DNA of 64,000 nt from Macrostomum lignano (taxonomy: Eukaryota). The stretch is taken from the NCBI GenBank assembly GCA_002269645.1, contig NIVC01002047.1:53941-117940 (forward strand), given 5' to 3'. The position numbers and the translations under genes were made by a program. Below the pieces are notes generated by a model. The model ran no database searches. It was given only the letters and a program-made list of their open reading frames with translations, and was not told the origin of the DNA. Of the stretch, positions 23,501 to 34,708 are shown in pieces. Within the stretch, counting starts at the first letter, position 1. Each line of letters starts with the position of its first letter.

Positions 23501-26500
23501 CCTCAGTTCATATCCCACAGCTCACATCCCACATCCCACAGCTCACTTCCCACATCCCACAGCTCACATCCCACAGCTCACATCCCACAGTTCACATCTC
23601 ACAGTTCACATCCCTCAGTTCACATCCCACAGCTCACATCCCACATCTCACATCCCATATCCCACATCCCACATCCCACAGTTCACATCCCTCAATTCAC
23701 ATCCCACATCTCACATCCCACATCCCACACCCCACATCCCACAGCTCACATCCCACAGCTCACATCCCACAGCTCACATCCCACAGCTCACATCCCACAT
23801 CTCACATCCCACATCCCACACCCCACATCCCACAGCTCACATCCCACAGCTCACATCCCACAGCTCACATCCCACAGCTCACATCCCACAGCTCACATCC
23901 CACAGCTCACATCCCACAGCTCACATCCCACAGCTCCCATCCCACAGCTCACATCCCACAGCTCACCAATTTCAGCGCCGAGCCGTCGCCGCCGCCGCCG
24001 CCACCCGGTGAACCGCCAGCAGCAAAGCTGGCCATAAACTCGGCAGTGAGCCACTTACTCGACTCGGAGCCTAGCGAGCCAATGCTTGAGAACTGCCCAA
24101 CTAAACAGGCGTCCTTTGAGTTAGCGCCGAAGTCGAACTGGCGAAGTACCTGCAGCAATGAGAGGCTGAATTTCAGCTAGTAGAAGCACTTGAGGCTTTA
24201 TTTGAGCACAGGAGCAGTACTCTTAGGCCACACTCAGTGATTACTCTTCGATAGCTGCGAAGTGAAGAGGCACTTACCGGTATTATAAAAAAAGAGGGGA
24301 CAGGGTTCCTACATCTCGGCAAGCTATTGAAGCGAAACTTGCCGAAATTAGGGAGGGAGGGGGCACTTGCAAGACAAAAACACGCGTCAATGCAAGGTGT
24401 GGATAAAACTGCTCCAAGTCTTCTGTTGGGGAGCAATGCTTTTTTAGCTTGACTGAACTCTGAACTCCGGCAAATATATGGAATGGATTGCTAATCTACT
24501 GACTGAATGAAATGGGATGGACTGCTAATCTACTGACTGAATGAAATGGGGTGGACTGCTAATCTATTGACTGAACGAAATGGGATGGACTGCTAATCTA
24601 CTGACTGAATGAAATGGGGTGGATTGCTAATCTACTGACTGAACGAAATGGGATGGACTGCTAATCTACTGACTGAATGAAATGGGGTGGATTGCTAATC
24701 TACTGACTGAACGAAATGGGGTGGATTGCTAATCTACTGACTGAATGAAATGGGATGGATTGCTAATCTACTGACTGAATGAAATGGGATGGACTGCTAA
24801 TCTATTGACTGAACGAAATGGGATGGACTGCTAATCTACTGACTGAATGAAATGGGGTGGATTGCTAATCTACTGACTGAACGAAATGGGATGGACTGCT
24901 AATCTACTGACTGAATGAAATGGGGTGGATTGCTAATCTACTGACTGAACGAAATGGGGTGGATTGCTAATCTACTGACTGAATGAAATGGGGCGGATTG
25001 CTAATCTACTGACTGAATGAAATGGGGTGGATTGCTAATCTACTGACTGAATGAAATGGGATGGATTGCTAATCTACTGACTGACTGAAATGGGGCGGAT
25101 TGCTAATCTATAGTCATATCTGCTGGGTGAAGGAACAGAATGGATTGCTAATCTATAGCCATACCTGCTGGGTGAAGGAACAGAATGGATTGCTAATCTA
25201 TAGCCATATCTGCTGGGTGAAGGAACAGAATGGATTGCTAATCTATAGCCATATCTGCTGGGTGAAGGAACAGAATGGATTGCTAATCTATAGCCATACC
25301 TGCTGGGTGAAGGAACAGAATGGATTGCTAATCTATAGTCATATCTGCTGGGTGAAGGAACAGAATGGATTGCTAATCTATAGCCATACCTGCTGGGTGA
25401 AGGAACAGAATGGATTGCTAATCTATAGTCATATCTGCTGGATGAAGGAACAGAATGGATTGCTAATCTATAGCCATATCTGCTGGGTGAAGGAACAGAA
25501 TGGATTGCTAATCTATAGCCATATCTGCTGGATGAAGGAACAGAATGGATTGCTAATCTTATTCTCAAAAATAGAACACAAAAGGCTGTTAATCCGGTGA
25601 GGCGGAGAGGTACAACAGTGAAGGATGGGGCAGAGAGGCGGATATCAGATTTCAAGCAGCTGACAACTCCCGAGTGAATTACAAGCAGACTGAGTTGCTG
25701 GTTAAAATATTATCAAGGCTAATGAAACGAACGGAAACCCGATAGATAAATGGAACACAGGCTCTAATCCGTAGCATTAGTGACGCTTTCGCAGGCAGGA
25801 TTGCAGATTAAAAGCAAATTTGTAATCCTAATATGAAAGCCAGCAACAAAGCCTGAAGTCTATTTGCAGACTTAAGAAACAGTTGCATGAAGTATCCCGC
25901 CAAAGTAATTCAATTCCAAATTCCCAGAACAAACAACCGAGCAGAATCAGAAGACTTCGGTCTCTGAGAGTTTACCAACCCTCCCCCCCTCCTACCCGTT
26001 GCACACAAAACATAATTTGGAAAGTGAATTTTAGACATTTTTCTGCAAACAGAGACAAGGATTTGGAAACGATTTCAAGGCAGTGCGGGGTTAGGGAAGC
26101 GGGGAGAGAAAGAGAGAGATGAGAGAGGATTTCTTATACTTTTTAGGCCTCCATATGTTTGATCAGGCCCTTTCGAAGATTAGGGCGCGTTTTCTAAGAC
26201 TCAACAGCGAGAGAACACTTGAAAATCCTTTTCATCAAGACTGTCGGGTCGCTCTCCTTACCTGTCGCAATTTCAGATGACCGAATTCGTTTAATTGATC
26301 GGCCGAGTGCCTGCCAGGACAGCTGGCAATGAGAAACACTCTGAAATGAAACGCTTGCCTGTCATCTATCTTGCAGTTCTATAAGCGATAAATCATTAGG
26401 CTAAGTTACAGAGTCTGTGTGGCAGAGCTGTCAGAATACTTCGCAGTAGAACTGTTATTAAAAACCCATAGAGAGAGGGGAACAGAGAGGGGGAGATGAG

Positions 26501-29500
26501 AGACGGGGAGAGAGAGAGGGAAGGGAGGTGAGAGAGGAGGAGATGAGAGGGGAGAGAGGTGAGAGAGTGGAGAGATGAGAAAGGTAAGTGAGATAGGGGA
26601 GAGAAGTGAGAGGGAAAGAGAGGTGAGAGAGGTGAGAGAGGGGAGAGGGGAGAGAGGGGGAAGAGATGAGAGAGAGGGAGGAAGAGGTGAGGGAGGGGAG
26701 AGGGATGAGAGAGAGGGGGGAAGAGAGAGGTGAGGGAGGGGGGAGAGAGAGGGGGAGAGATGAGAAAGAGAGGTGAGAGAGGAGAGAGAGGTGAGAGAGG
26801 AGAGACAGGTGAGAGAGGAGAGAGAGGTGAGAGAGGAGAGAGAGGTGAGAGAAGTGAGGGAGGGGAGAGAGAGGGGAGAGAGAGGTGAGAGAGGTTGGAG
26901 ACGGGAGGAGAGGGGAGAGATAGGTAAGAGGGGAGAGAGAGGTGGGAGAAGGGGGAGAGAGAAAGGGGAGAGAGAGAGGGGAGAGAGAGGGGAGAGAGAG
27001 AGGGGAGAGAGAGGGGGAGAGATGAGAGAGGGAGAGATGAGATAGAGGGAAGAGATGAGAGAGAGAGATGAGGGAGAGGGCCATGGGTGAGAAACAAATC
27101 GAAGTAAGAAAGGAGATACAGATACAAGGAAAGCAGCTAGAAAACTGCCAATGGAACAGTCCCATAAGATTTAAAAAGGTAAACAAAGACAGTCAATTAC
27201 AAACAGATTAGAACAGACAGGAACTACAACAAAATTATCTTGAAACAAAAAGTCCCTTGAGAAATTTGATAATAACTAAAATTACCTGAGCCCCGAGCAG
27301 TCGTAGGACTCAATCAGGTCGGCCCATCGACCTACGCGCGGATGTCGATAGCGGCGCAAATACCGACACAGGTCGGCGCGCAGGTTGGTGGGTGAGTCGC
27401 CATCGTTAGAAGAAGCTTCGGCGGGTAGCGGCTTGAGCAGGGGGCTGAGCCAGCCACTGCAAGCGGGGGGCAGGTGAGAAATAGATCGATAGAGAGATAT
27501 AATAATAATAGAACTGAGAAATAGAACTCAGATTAATGTGGAATAGAACTGAGAAATAGAACTCAGATTAATGCGGAATAGAACTGAGAAATAGAACTCA
27601 GATGATGTGGAATAGAACTGAGAAATAGAACTCAGATGATGTGGAATAGAACTGAGAAATAGAACTCAGATGATGTGGAATAGAACTGAGAAATAGAACT
27701 CAGATGATGTGGAATAGAACTGAGAAATAGAACTCAGATGATGTGGAATAGAACTGAGAAATAGAACTCAGATTAATGTGGAATAGAACTGAGAAATAGA
27801 ACTCAGATGATGTGGAATAGAACTGAGAAATAGAACTCAGATTAATGTGGAATAGAACTGAGAAATAGAAGTCAGATTAATGTGAATAGAATTGAGAAAT
27901 AGACCTCAGATTAATGTGGAATAGAACTGAGAAATAGAACTCAGATTAATATGGAATAGAACTGAGAAATAGAACTCAGATTAATGTGGAATAGAACTGA
28001 GAAATAGAACTCAGATTAATGTGGAATAGAACTGAGAAATAGAACTCAGATTAATGCGGAATAGAACTGAGAAATAGAAGTCAGATTAATGTGAATAGAA
28101 TTGAGAAATAGAACTCAGATTAATGCGGAATAGAACTGAGAAATAGAAGTCAGATTAATGTGAATAGAATTGAGAAATAGAACTCAGATTAATGTGGAAT
28201 AGAACTGAGAAATAGAACTCAGATTAATGTGGAATAGAACTGAGAAATAGAACTCAAATGATGTGGAATAGAACTGAGAAATAGAACTCAAAACAAAAAA
28301 CAGTACCAAGGGTACATGGTACCAATACAGAACTTGCGCAATGGGACAAGAATAGCAAAAACAGCAAAACAGAATAAGCAAAACAGCAAGAATTAAACAG
28401 TGGCAAAATCTAAGAGCATACACGGGCTCTTGAAGACAATCTGCAATAACAATGATTTGGAAACCTTAGCCTGCGCAGCTAATTAACAGACTTAACTATC
28501 AGATTACACGGGGCGCACACACGGAAGACTTCTTGAGCCTCTTCTCAGAGACTCTGCTCTCTACACTAAAGGATACGCTGGCCAACATACACAAGACTAA
28601 GGACTGTAATTATATGCTAGTTTATATTTAATGATGTTAAACCCCCCTAGTTCTGTGAGGCTTTGGCAAACTAGCTTGATTGCCTTCGTTTTGCTTTGAA
28701 ATCGTAAAAAGGCACAGACGGGAAAGGCGGGGGGTTTCAGGGGTTTCACTCACCTCCCCTGATGTTTGATCAGGGGCAATCAAAACGGAAGCGTAGGTAA
28801 GGGGAACACTGAGACGGGGAGAAAAGAGAAAGGTGAAGTGACGTGGGTTGAAGGGAGGTGATGAGAAGGGAGTTGGGGTGAAAGGAGATGGGGTAAAGGG
28901 AGGTTTTGTGAAGGGAGGTGGGGTGAAATGAGATGGGTGAAGGAAGGTGAGGTGAAATCAGACGGAGTGAAGGGAACTGGGGTGAAATGAGATGGAGTAA
29001 AGGGAGGTGGGGTGAAAGGAGATGGGGTGAAGGGAGGTGGGGTGAAAGGTGGCGGGGTGAAGGGAGGTGGTTTAAGTTAGGTGGGTGAAGGGAGGTGGGT
29101 GAAGGGAGGTGGGTTAAGGGTGATTCTGTAAACACAGAGTACAAGTCGAATACTTACCATTGAGTTTTCTGGTGCCAATCCCGCTCGATGAGGTTGGCCG
29201 TGTGTACAACAATTCGTATACCGTCCGCATATCTTAAAATCATCAGCTTGCTGCAATTAAAAAAGTATTAATTTATTTAATATGCTATATAAAAATGCGT
29301 ATTAAAAAGAGAACAGTCGCGTGTCCATCCCACCTGTGATGGGTGCCGTACGGCATGTCAAGACGGGCCTGCACCAGGTTCACGTGTTCGTGCGACATCG
29401 CCTCCACGTCCAGGTCGGTCTTGGATGCACCTTGGTTGCCGTGCACCAGAGTTAAGGGCGCGGAGCTGCGGCAGCACGATGGGGTGAGTGAGTGAGTCAG

Positions 29501-30313
29501 TGGGTAAGGAAGTGAGTGAGTGAGGAAGTGAGTGAGTGAGTGAAGGAGTGAGTGAGTGAGTGAGTGAGTGAGTGAGTGAGTGAGTGAGTGAGTGAGCGAG
29601 TGAGTGAGTGAGTGAGTGAGTAAGTGAGTAAGTGAGTGAGTGAGTGAGTGAGTGAGTGAGTGAGTGAGTGAGTAAGTGAGTAAGTGAGTGAGTGAGTGAG
29701 TGAGTGAGTGAGTGAGTGAGTGAGTGAGTGAGTGAGTGAGTGAGTGAGTGAGTGAGTGAGTGAGTGAGTGAGTGAGTGAGTGAGTGAGTGAGTGAGTGAG
29801 TGAGTGAGTGAGTGAGTGAGTGAGTGAGTGAGTAAGTGGGTCTTTTGACGCCAGGGAAATTTCAAACAGCCTTATATGGCAGGCAAGCAATTTTAATCTC
29901 GCTAAGAAGTCATGCTTCAGAATTTGTTTCAGCTTCCAGGAAGGCTAAAAAAAGAGTGCTACATTTTTGAACCAAAAAAAACCTGCAGAAGCCGGCCTAT
30001 TGGATTTCCACCTACTCAAATTGCAGGCTTCAGGATCAAAGCCAGTTAAAGATACTCGTAATTGCCAACTGGGCATCACGGCAGCACTATATATATTAAT
30101 ACATATAGTGCTGCTAGTGCAGTGCTGGTGCTTAGAAAATAAAAGACTACGGAAAGCTGTCTGAAGTTCCTCGCAAAAGAGGCTGAAAGGCCGCGAACCT
30201 TGGAAATTATTTAGCAACATTTAACTGACCTAGGTAGCTCACTGAAGTACATGATGAATACGGTTGGGAAGATGAAAATAGAGATAAACAGATGGACAGA
30301 CGGACGGACGGTC

Positions 30314-30397
<84 letters not shown>

Positions 30398-30483
30398 CGG
30401 CAGACAGACAGACAGGCAGACAGGCAGACAGGCAGACAGACACACAGACAGACAGACAGACACACAGACAGACAGACAGACAC

Positions 30484-30522
<39 letters not shown>

Positions 30523-30715
30523 CTAAGACAGACAGACAGACAGACAGACAGATAGACACACAGACAGACACAGACAGACAGATAGACAGACAGACAGACA
30601 GACAGACACACAGACAGATAGACACACAGACAGACACAGACAGACAGATAGACAGACAGACAGACAGACAGACACACAGACAGACACAGACAGACACAGA
30701 CAGACAGACAGACAC

Positions 30716-30758
<43 letters not shown>

Positions 30759-30759
30759 C

Positions 30760-30806
<47 letters not shown>

Positions 30807-30865
30807 CACAGATACAGACAGACACACAGACAGACACAGACAGACACAGACAGACAGACAGACAC

Positions 30866-30932
<67 letters not shown>

Positions 30933-32460
30933 GCACTTCAAATACTTGTAAACAATACTCTGGCAGCTCTCACCGCGATTCCTTGGGATACTGAGCCACC
31001 AGCCAGTCGATTTCAAACAGATAGTTAAACTGCAAACGAATTTATGTAAAACTAGACCGGTTCTTTAAGCGTTAGATTAACAGATGCCATTGGGCATCCT
31101 GACTCCAAAAAGGTAATAAAAAATCAAATGAAATAGCAAAATCTTCAGTGTACCCTTTACACTGCTGAGCCTAACCCTAACCCTAACCCTAAACCTAACC
31201 CCCTAAACCTAATTCTAACCCTAAACAGAACCTAAATCGGCGTAGTTTAAATTTACTCACTTGAATCGATTCAATTAGCTTGCTGGGATGGTTGGAGATA
31301 ATGTCTGAAAACAATTAAATTAACAGGTAAAACACAAGCTACTGACAAGCTGGTAGAAATGTTTTTTGAAAAATATTTACCTCGAAGATTGTAGGCAGTG
31401 AACTGACCAGATTGGTTGTCTTCAACGAGTCCTGACACTTTTGTTACGTACAGGCCGAAGTCAATGCTGGACTTTGAGCTGCCTAAGTGCGAAATACGGT
31501 TTAGAAATGACACCCTCTATGATCCAGTCTATAAATGACACCCTCTATGACCCTGTCTATAAATGACACCCTCTATGACCCTGTCTATAAATGACACCCT
31601 CTATGACCCAGTCTATAAATGACACCCTCTATGACCCAGTCTATAAATGACACCCTCTATGAACCCGTCTTCAAATGACACCCTCTATGACCCTGTCTAT
31701 AAATGACACCCTCTATGACCCTGTCTATAAATGACACCCTCTATGACCCTGTCTATAAATGACACCCTCTATAAACCCGTCTTCAAATGACACCCGCTAT
31801 GACCCTGTCTATAAATGACACCCTCTATGAACCCATCTTCAAATGACACCCTCTATGACCCTGTCTATAAATGACACCCTCTATGAACCCATCTTCAAAT
31901 GACACCCTCTATGACCCTGTCTATAAATGAAACCTATGATTGAGTCTAAAAATGAGATCCTCTTTGATGTAGTCTGCAAATGACACCTATGATCCAGTCT
32001 AAATGACACCCTATATAGCCAAGTCTATAAATGACACCCTATATAGCCAAGTCTATAAATGACACCCTATATAGCCAAGTCTATAAATGACACCCTATAT
32101 AGCCAAGTCTATAAATGACACCCTCTATGACCCAGTCTATAAATGACTGTCTCTATGAACAAATGAAATCATTCATGAACATCCATTCAAATTGCGCATT
32201 AAAACCATACTGGAAGCTGTTCTGCCGACTTCCGCCGCTTCATCAGCTACAGATAGACGAGATTTCTTCTTAATGGCGGATGTCTTGACGCTTTCGGAAG
32301 CTCCAACCGGATCCTCGCTTTTAGCATCTTCAGAATCGTCCGACTCTGACACGGTCTGACTAGAATATTTACGTTTAAAACAAAACGCACCAGAAGAAGC
32401 TGAAGCAAAGTCATCAGCTTCGCTGCTTGAAGCTGCACGACTGGACTGTGAAGAGGCCAT
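15807..32460 (-). CDS. TDP1: Tyrosyl-DNA phosphodiesterase 1, 14 coding exons, ~539 aa
   Basis: Hand-spliced GT-AG exons with consistent phases: 32211-32460, 31381-31482, 31261-31304, 30974-31029, 29334-29465, 29158-29250, 27286-27456, 26262-26340, 23967-24149, 20624-20739, 19701-19814, 19504-19606, 18590-18680, 15807-15892 (1620 nt). Both HxK catalytic motifs are intact ([15 protein letters not shown]). Also [84 protein letters not shown] and PW...PDTHG..W. Confidence 0.96.
16690..18140. repeat. Minisatellite, 19-bp unit G(A/G)AAGAGACGATTCTCATT (last TDP1 intron), preceded by (GA)n at ~16612-16667
   Basis: About 75 units with higher-order block duplications. Confidence 0.95.
18722..19459. 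repeat. Minisatellite, 45-bp unit GATTGCTAATCTATAGCCATATCTGCTGGGTGAAGGAACAGAATG
   Basis: About 16 near-identical units filling TDP1 intron 12. Confidence 0.97.
19838..20528. repeat. (GTCT)n microsatellite with CTTAGT/GCCT interruptions
   Basis: Fills TDP1 intron 10. Confidence 0.95.
20920..21606. repeat. Minisatellite, 28-bp unit TCAGTTAGGCGGCCACCACCCCTTTCCA, split by a SINE
   Basis: About 4 units before 21040 and about 7 units after 21400. Confidence 0.9.
21070..21395 (-). mobile_element. tRNA-headed SINE, copy 1
   Basis: About 325 bp highly similar to 56875-57212. On the minus strand the head GCCGTAGCCCAGAGG...GGCTCGATTCC carries Pol III A- and B-box-like motifs. A-rich tail at ~21041-21050. 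Confidence 0.8.
22000..22425. repeat. Purine-rich ~32-bp minisatellite GAGAGATGTAGGGAGAGGGAGAGAGCTGTGGG
   Basis: About 11 units in TDP1 intron 9. Confidence 0.9.
22915..23966. repeat. Minisatellite, 14-bp core CACATCCCACAGCT (with 22-bp CACAGTACA variants) abutting a TDP1 donor
   Basis: Runs up to the exon boundary at 23967; source of the His-rich spurious ORFs. Confidence 0.95.
24483..25558. repeat. Composite minisatellite: 34-bp units (24483-25090) switching to the 45-bp unit (25095-25558)
   Basis: Both unit types share the GGATTGCTAATCTA core. The 45-bp unit matches the array at 18722-19459. Confidence 0.95.
26465..27080. repeat. Purine-rich low-complexity tract (GA/GGA/GGTGA)
   Basis: Almost purely A/G on the plus strand, in TDP1 intron 7. 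A similar G-rich tract lies at ~28800-29120. Confidence 0.9.
27512..28290. repeat. Minisatellite, 35-bp unit GAATAGAACTGAGAAATAGAACTCAGATTAATGTG
   Basis: About 22 units, each with two AATAGAACT half-repeats. Confidence 0.95.
29484..29837. repeat. (GAGT)n microsatellite
   Basis: Near-perfect run immediately upstream (on the minus strand) of the TDP1 exon 5 acceptor. Confidence 0.97.
30290..30932. repeat. (GACA)n microsatellite with CACA variants
   Basis: In TDP1 intron 4. Confidence 0.97.
31170..31225. repeat. Short interstitial (CCCTAA)n telomere-like tract
   Basis: cctaaccctaaccctaaccctaaacctaacc, degenerating rightwards, in TDP1 intron 3. Confidence 0.75.
31505..32150. repeat. Minisatellite, 28-bp unit GACACCCTCTATGACCCTGTCTATAAAT
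   Basis: About 22 units filling TDP1 intron 1. Confidence 0.95.
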
Positions 32461-32659
32461 GAAAGACTTTGCTTTAATTATCAGTAGTTTTTACGGATTT
32501 CTATAACTTTTTACCGAACAAGCGCAGAAATTCATTTGGAACAAGTATAAGCTGCTTATATTACTTATATCCAATTCAGTAGCTAGTTGCGATAGTTAAT
32601 ATATTTTGGATTAATTTGTTCGAAAAAGGTTTAGTTAACCAGAATTGCTTAGATTTGTT

Positions 32660-33140
32660 AGCTGTTCAGGGCGATTCTCGGGTGCTCAGGGCGATTATTT
32701 GAGCTGTTCAGTGCGATTCTCGGGTGTTCAGGGCGATTATTTGAGAAGCTGTTCAGGGCGATTCTCGGGTGTTCAGGGCGATTATTTGAGCTGTTCAGGG
32801 CGATTCTCGGGTGTTCAGGGCGATTCTAGGCCGATTTTCAGGGCGATTATTTGAGAAGCTGTTCAGTGCGATTCTCGGGTGTTCAGGGCGATTATTTGAG
32901 CTGTTCAGGGCGATTATTTGAGCTGTTCAGGGCGATTCTCGGGTGTTCAGGGCGATTATTTGAGAAGCTGTTCAGGGTGATTCTTAGAAAAGCTGTTTAG
33001 GGCTTTTCTTAGAAATGCTGCTCAGGGCGATTCTTAGAAAAGCTGCTCAGGGCGATTCTTAGAAAAGCTGCTCAGGGCGATTCTTAGAAAAGCTGCTCAG
33101 GGCGATTCTTAGAAAGGCTCTTCAGGGCGATTCTTCGAGA
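32660..33140. repeat. Minisatellite with CAGGGCGATT core (GCTGTTCAGGGCGATTCTCGGGT / ...CTTAGAAAA variants)
   Basis: About 22 core copies starting ~200 bp upstream of the TDP1 ATG. Confidence 0.9.
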
Positions 33141-33829
33141 AATTGTTTAGGGTAGTTACGGCTGTTTCAGAACATTTTTTCTCGAAATATTTTGGTCAAT
33201 CCTTAGAAGCTGTTCATGATAAGTGTTACGAGTTGTCTCTGCCAGGTTTTGGGCACAGTTAAGAGTAATTCCAGATTTGTTTATAAAAATTGCTCTTCCT
33301 GCTTTAAAGAAGCGATGAGTAAGCTCGCAAGGGTGGATTCGTTGCCTTAAACTAGCGTTACATCCGATTGTCGAAAAAAGATATAAAGAAAGTCAAGTTA
33401 AGTCTTGTTTGTGTGTTTTTTATCCGTCACTTTGCAACCAAAAAACAATCAGATTGATTAGTTATTATTATTATTATTATTATTAGTTATTTGCACCCTT
33501 TCGCGCTGACATTCAAATTGACTGCACTGGCCCAATAGTTGCTTGATTTTAAGTGCAATTTGGTTTTACAATACAAAATTCAGCGAGAGAGCTTAGCTGC
33601 ATAAACTACAATACTTTTAACTAAGCCTAACAGATGGTGAGAACACATTAAAGTACACTCGCAGCTATCCTGTAATTTGCATGCAATATTTGTACAAATA
33701 AGACGCCAAGTTTAGTACAATATAAATACAGGAAATTGCTAGCTGATAGATGGAATATGATTATAATGAACCGAGTTAGACGAATAAAGTTGGTTGCAAA
33801 CTGCTAATAGACCTCAAGTCTAAACGCAC

Positions 33830-34442
33830 AACAGAGTTCATGGATCTTAGAACAAAGACCATAGATCATAGGGAACAGAGTTCATGGATCTTAGAACAAA
33901 GACCATAGATCATAGGGAACAGAGTTCATGGATCTTAGAACAAAGACCATAGATCATAGGGAACAGAGTTCATGGATCTTAGAACAAAGACCATAGATCA
34001 TAGGGAACAGAGTTCATGGATCTTAGAACAAAGACCATAGATCATAGGGAACAGAGTTCATGGATCTTAGAACCAAGACCATAGATTATAGGGGACAGAG
34101 TTCATAGATCATAGGGGACAGAGTTCATAGATCATAGGGAACAGAGTTCATGGATCTTAGAACAAAGACCATAGATCATAGGGAACAGAGTTCATGGATC
34201 TTAGAACAAAGACCATAGATCATAGGGAACAGAGTTCATGGATCTTAGAACAAAGACCATAGATCATAGGGAACAGAGTTCATGGATCTTAGAACCAAGA
34301 CCATAGATTATGGGGAACAGAGTTCATGGATCTTAGAACAAAGACCATAGATCATAGGGAACAGAGTTCATGGATCTTAGAACAAAGACCATAGATCATA
34401 GGGGACAGAGTTCATAGATCATAGGGAACAGAGTTCATAGAA
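33830..34442. repeat. Minisatellite, 44-bp unit CATAGGGAACAGAGTTCATGGATCTTAGAACAAAGACCATAGAT
   Basis: About 13 units downstream of the NKRF-like stop. Confidence 0.95.
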
Positions 34443-34708
34443 CGGGGTCTGACAACATTGACAGATAATTAGGCATGGCAAAGTAGAAAAAGCACAAAAT
34501 ATTTAGCAAGCATAATAAGTATAATTAAAATATTGACCGGGCATATGATTCGTCAGCCCAATTTTCATGTGCTTCTTCTGATGAACTAAAGAATGTCAGT
34601 TAGTCAAACAGACAGACTATTTATTGTCTATGAAAATTTATTAGCAATCAGCACAGAAGCTCGCGCACATAAAAATTATTGTCCTTTTTTAACAGTAGCT
34701 GAAAAACA

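Noticed and set aside
22854-24180. 385-436 aa His-rich ORFs resembling histidine-rich proteins
   Set aside because: Antisense read-through of the CACATCCCACAGCT satellite inside a TDP1 intron.
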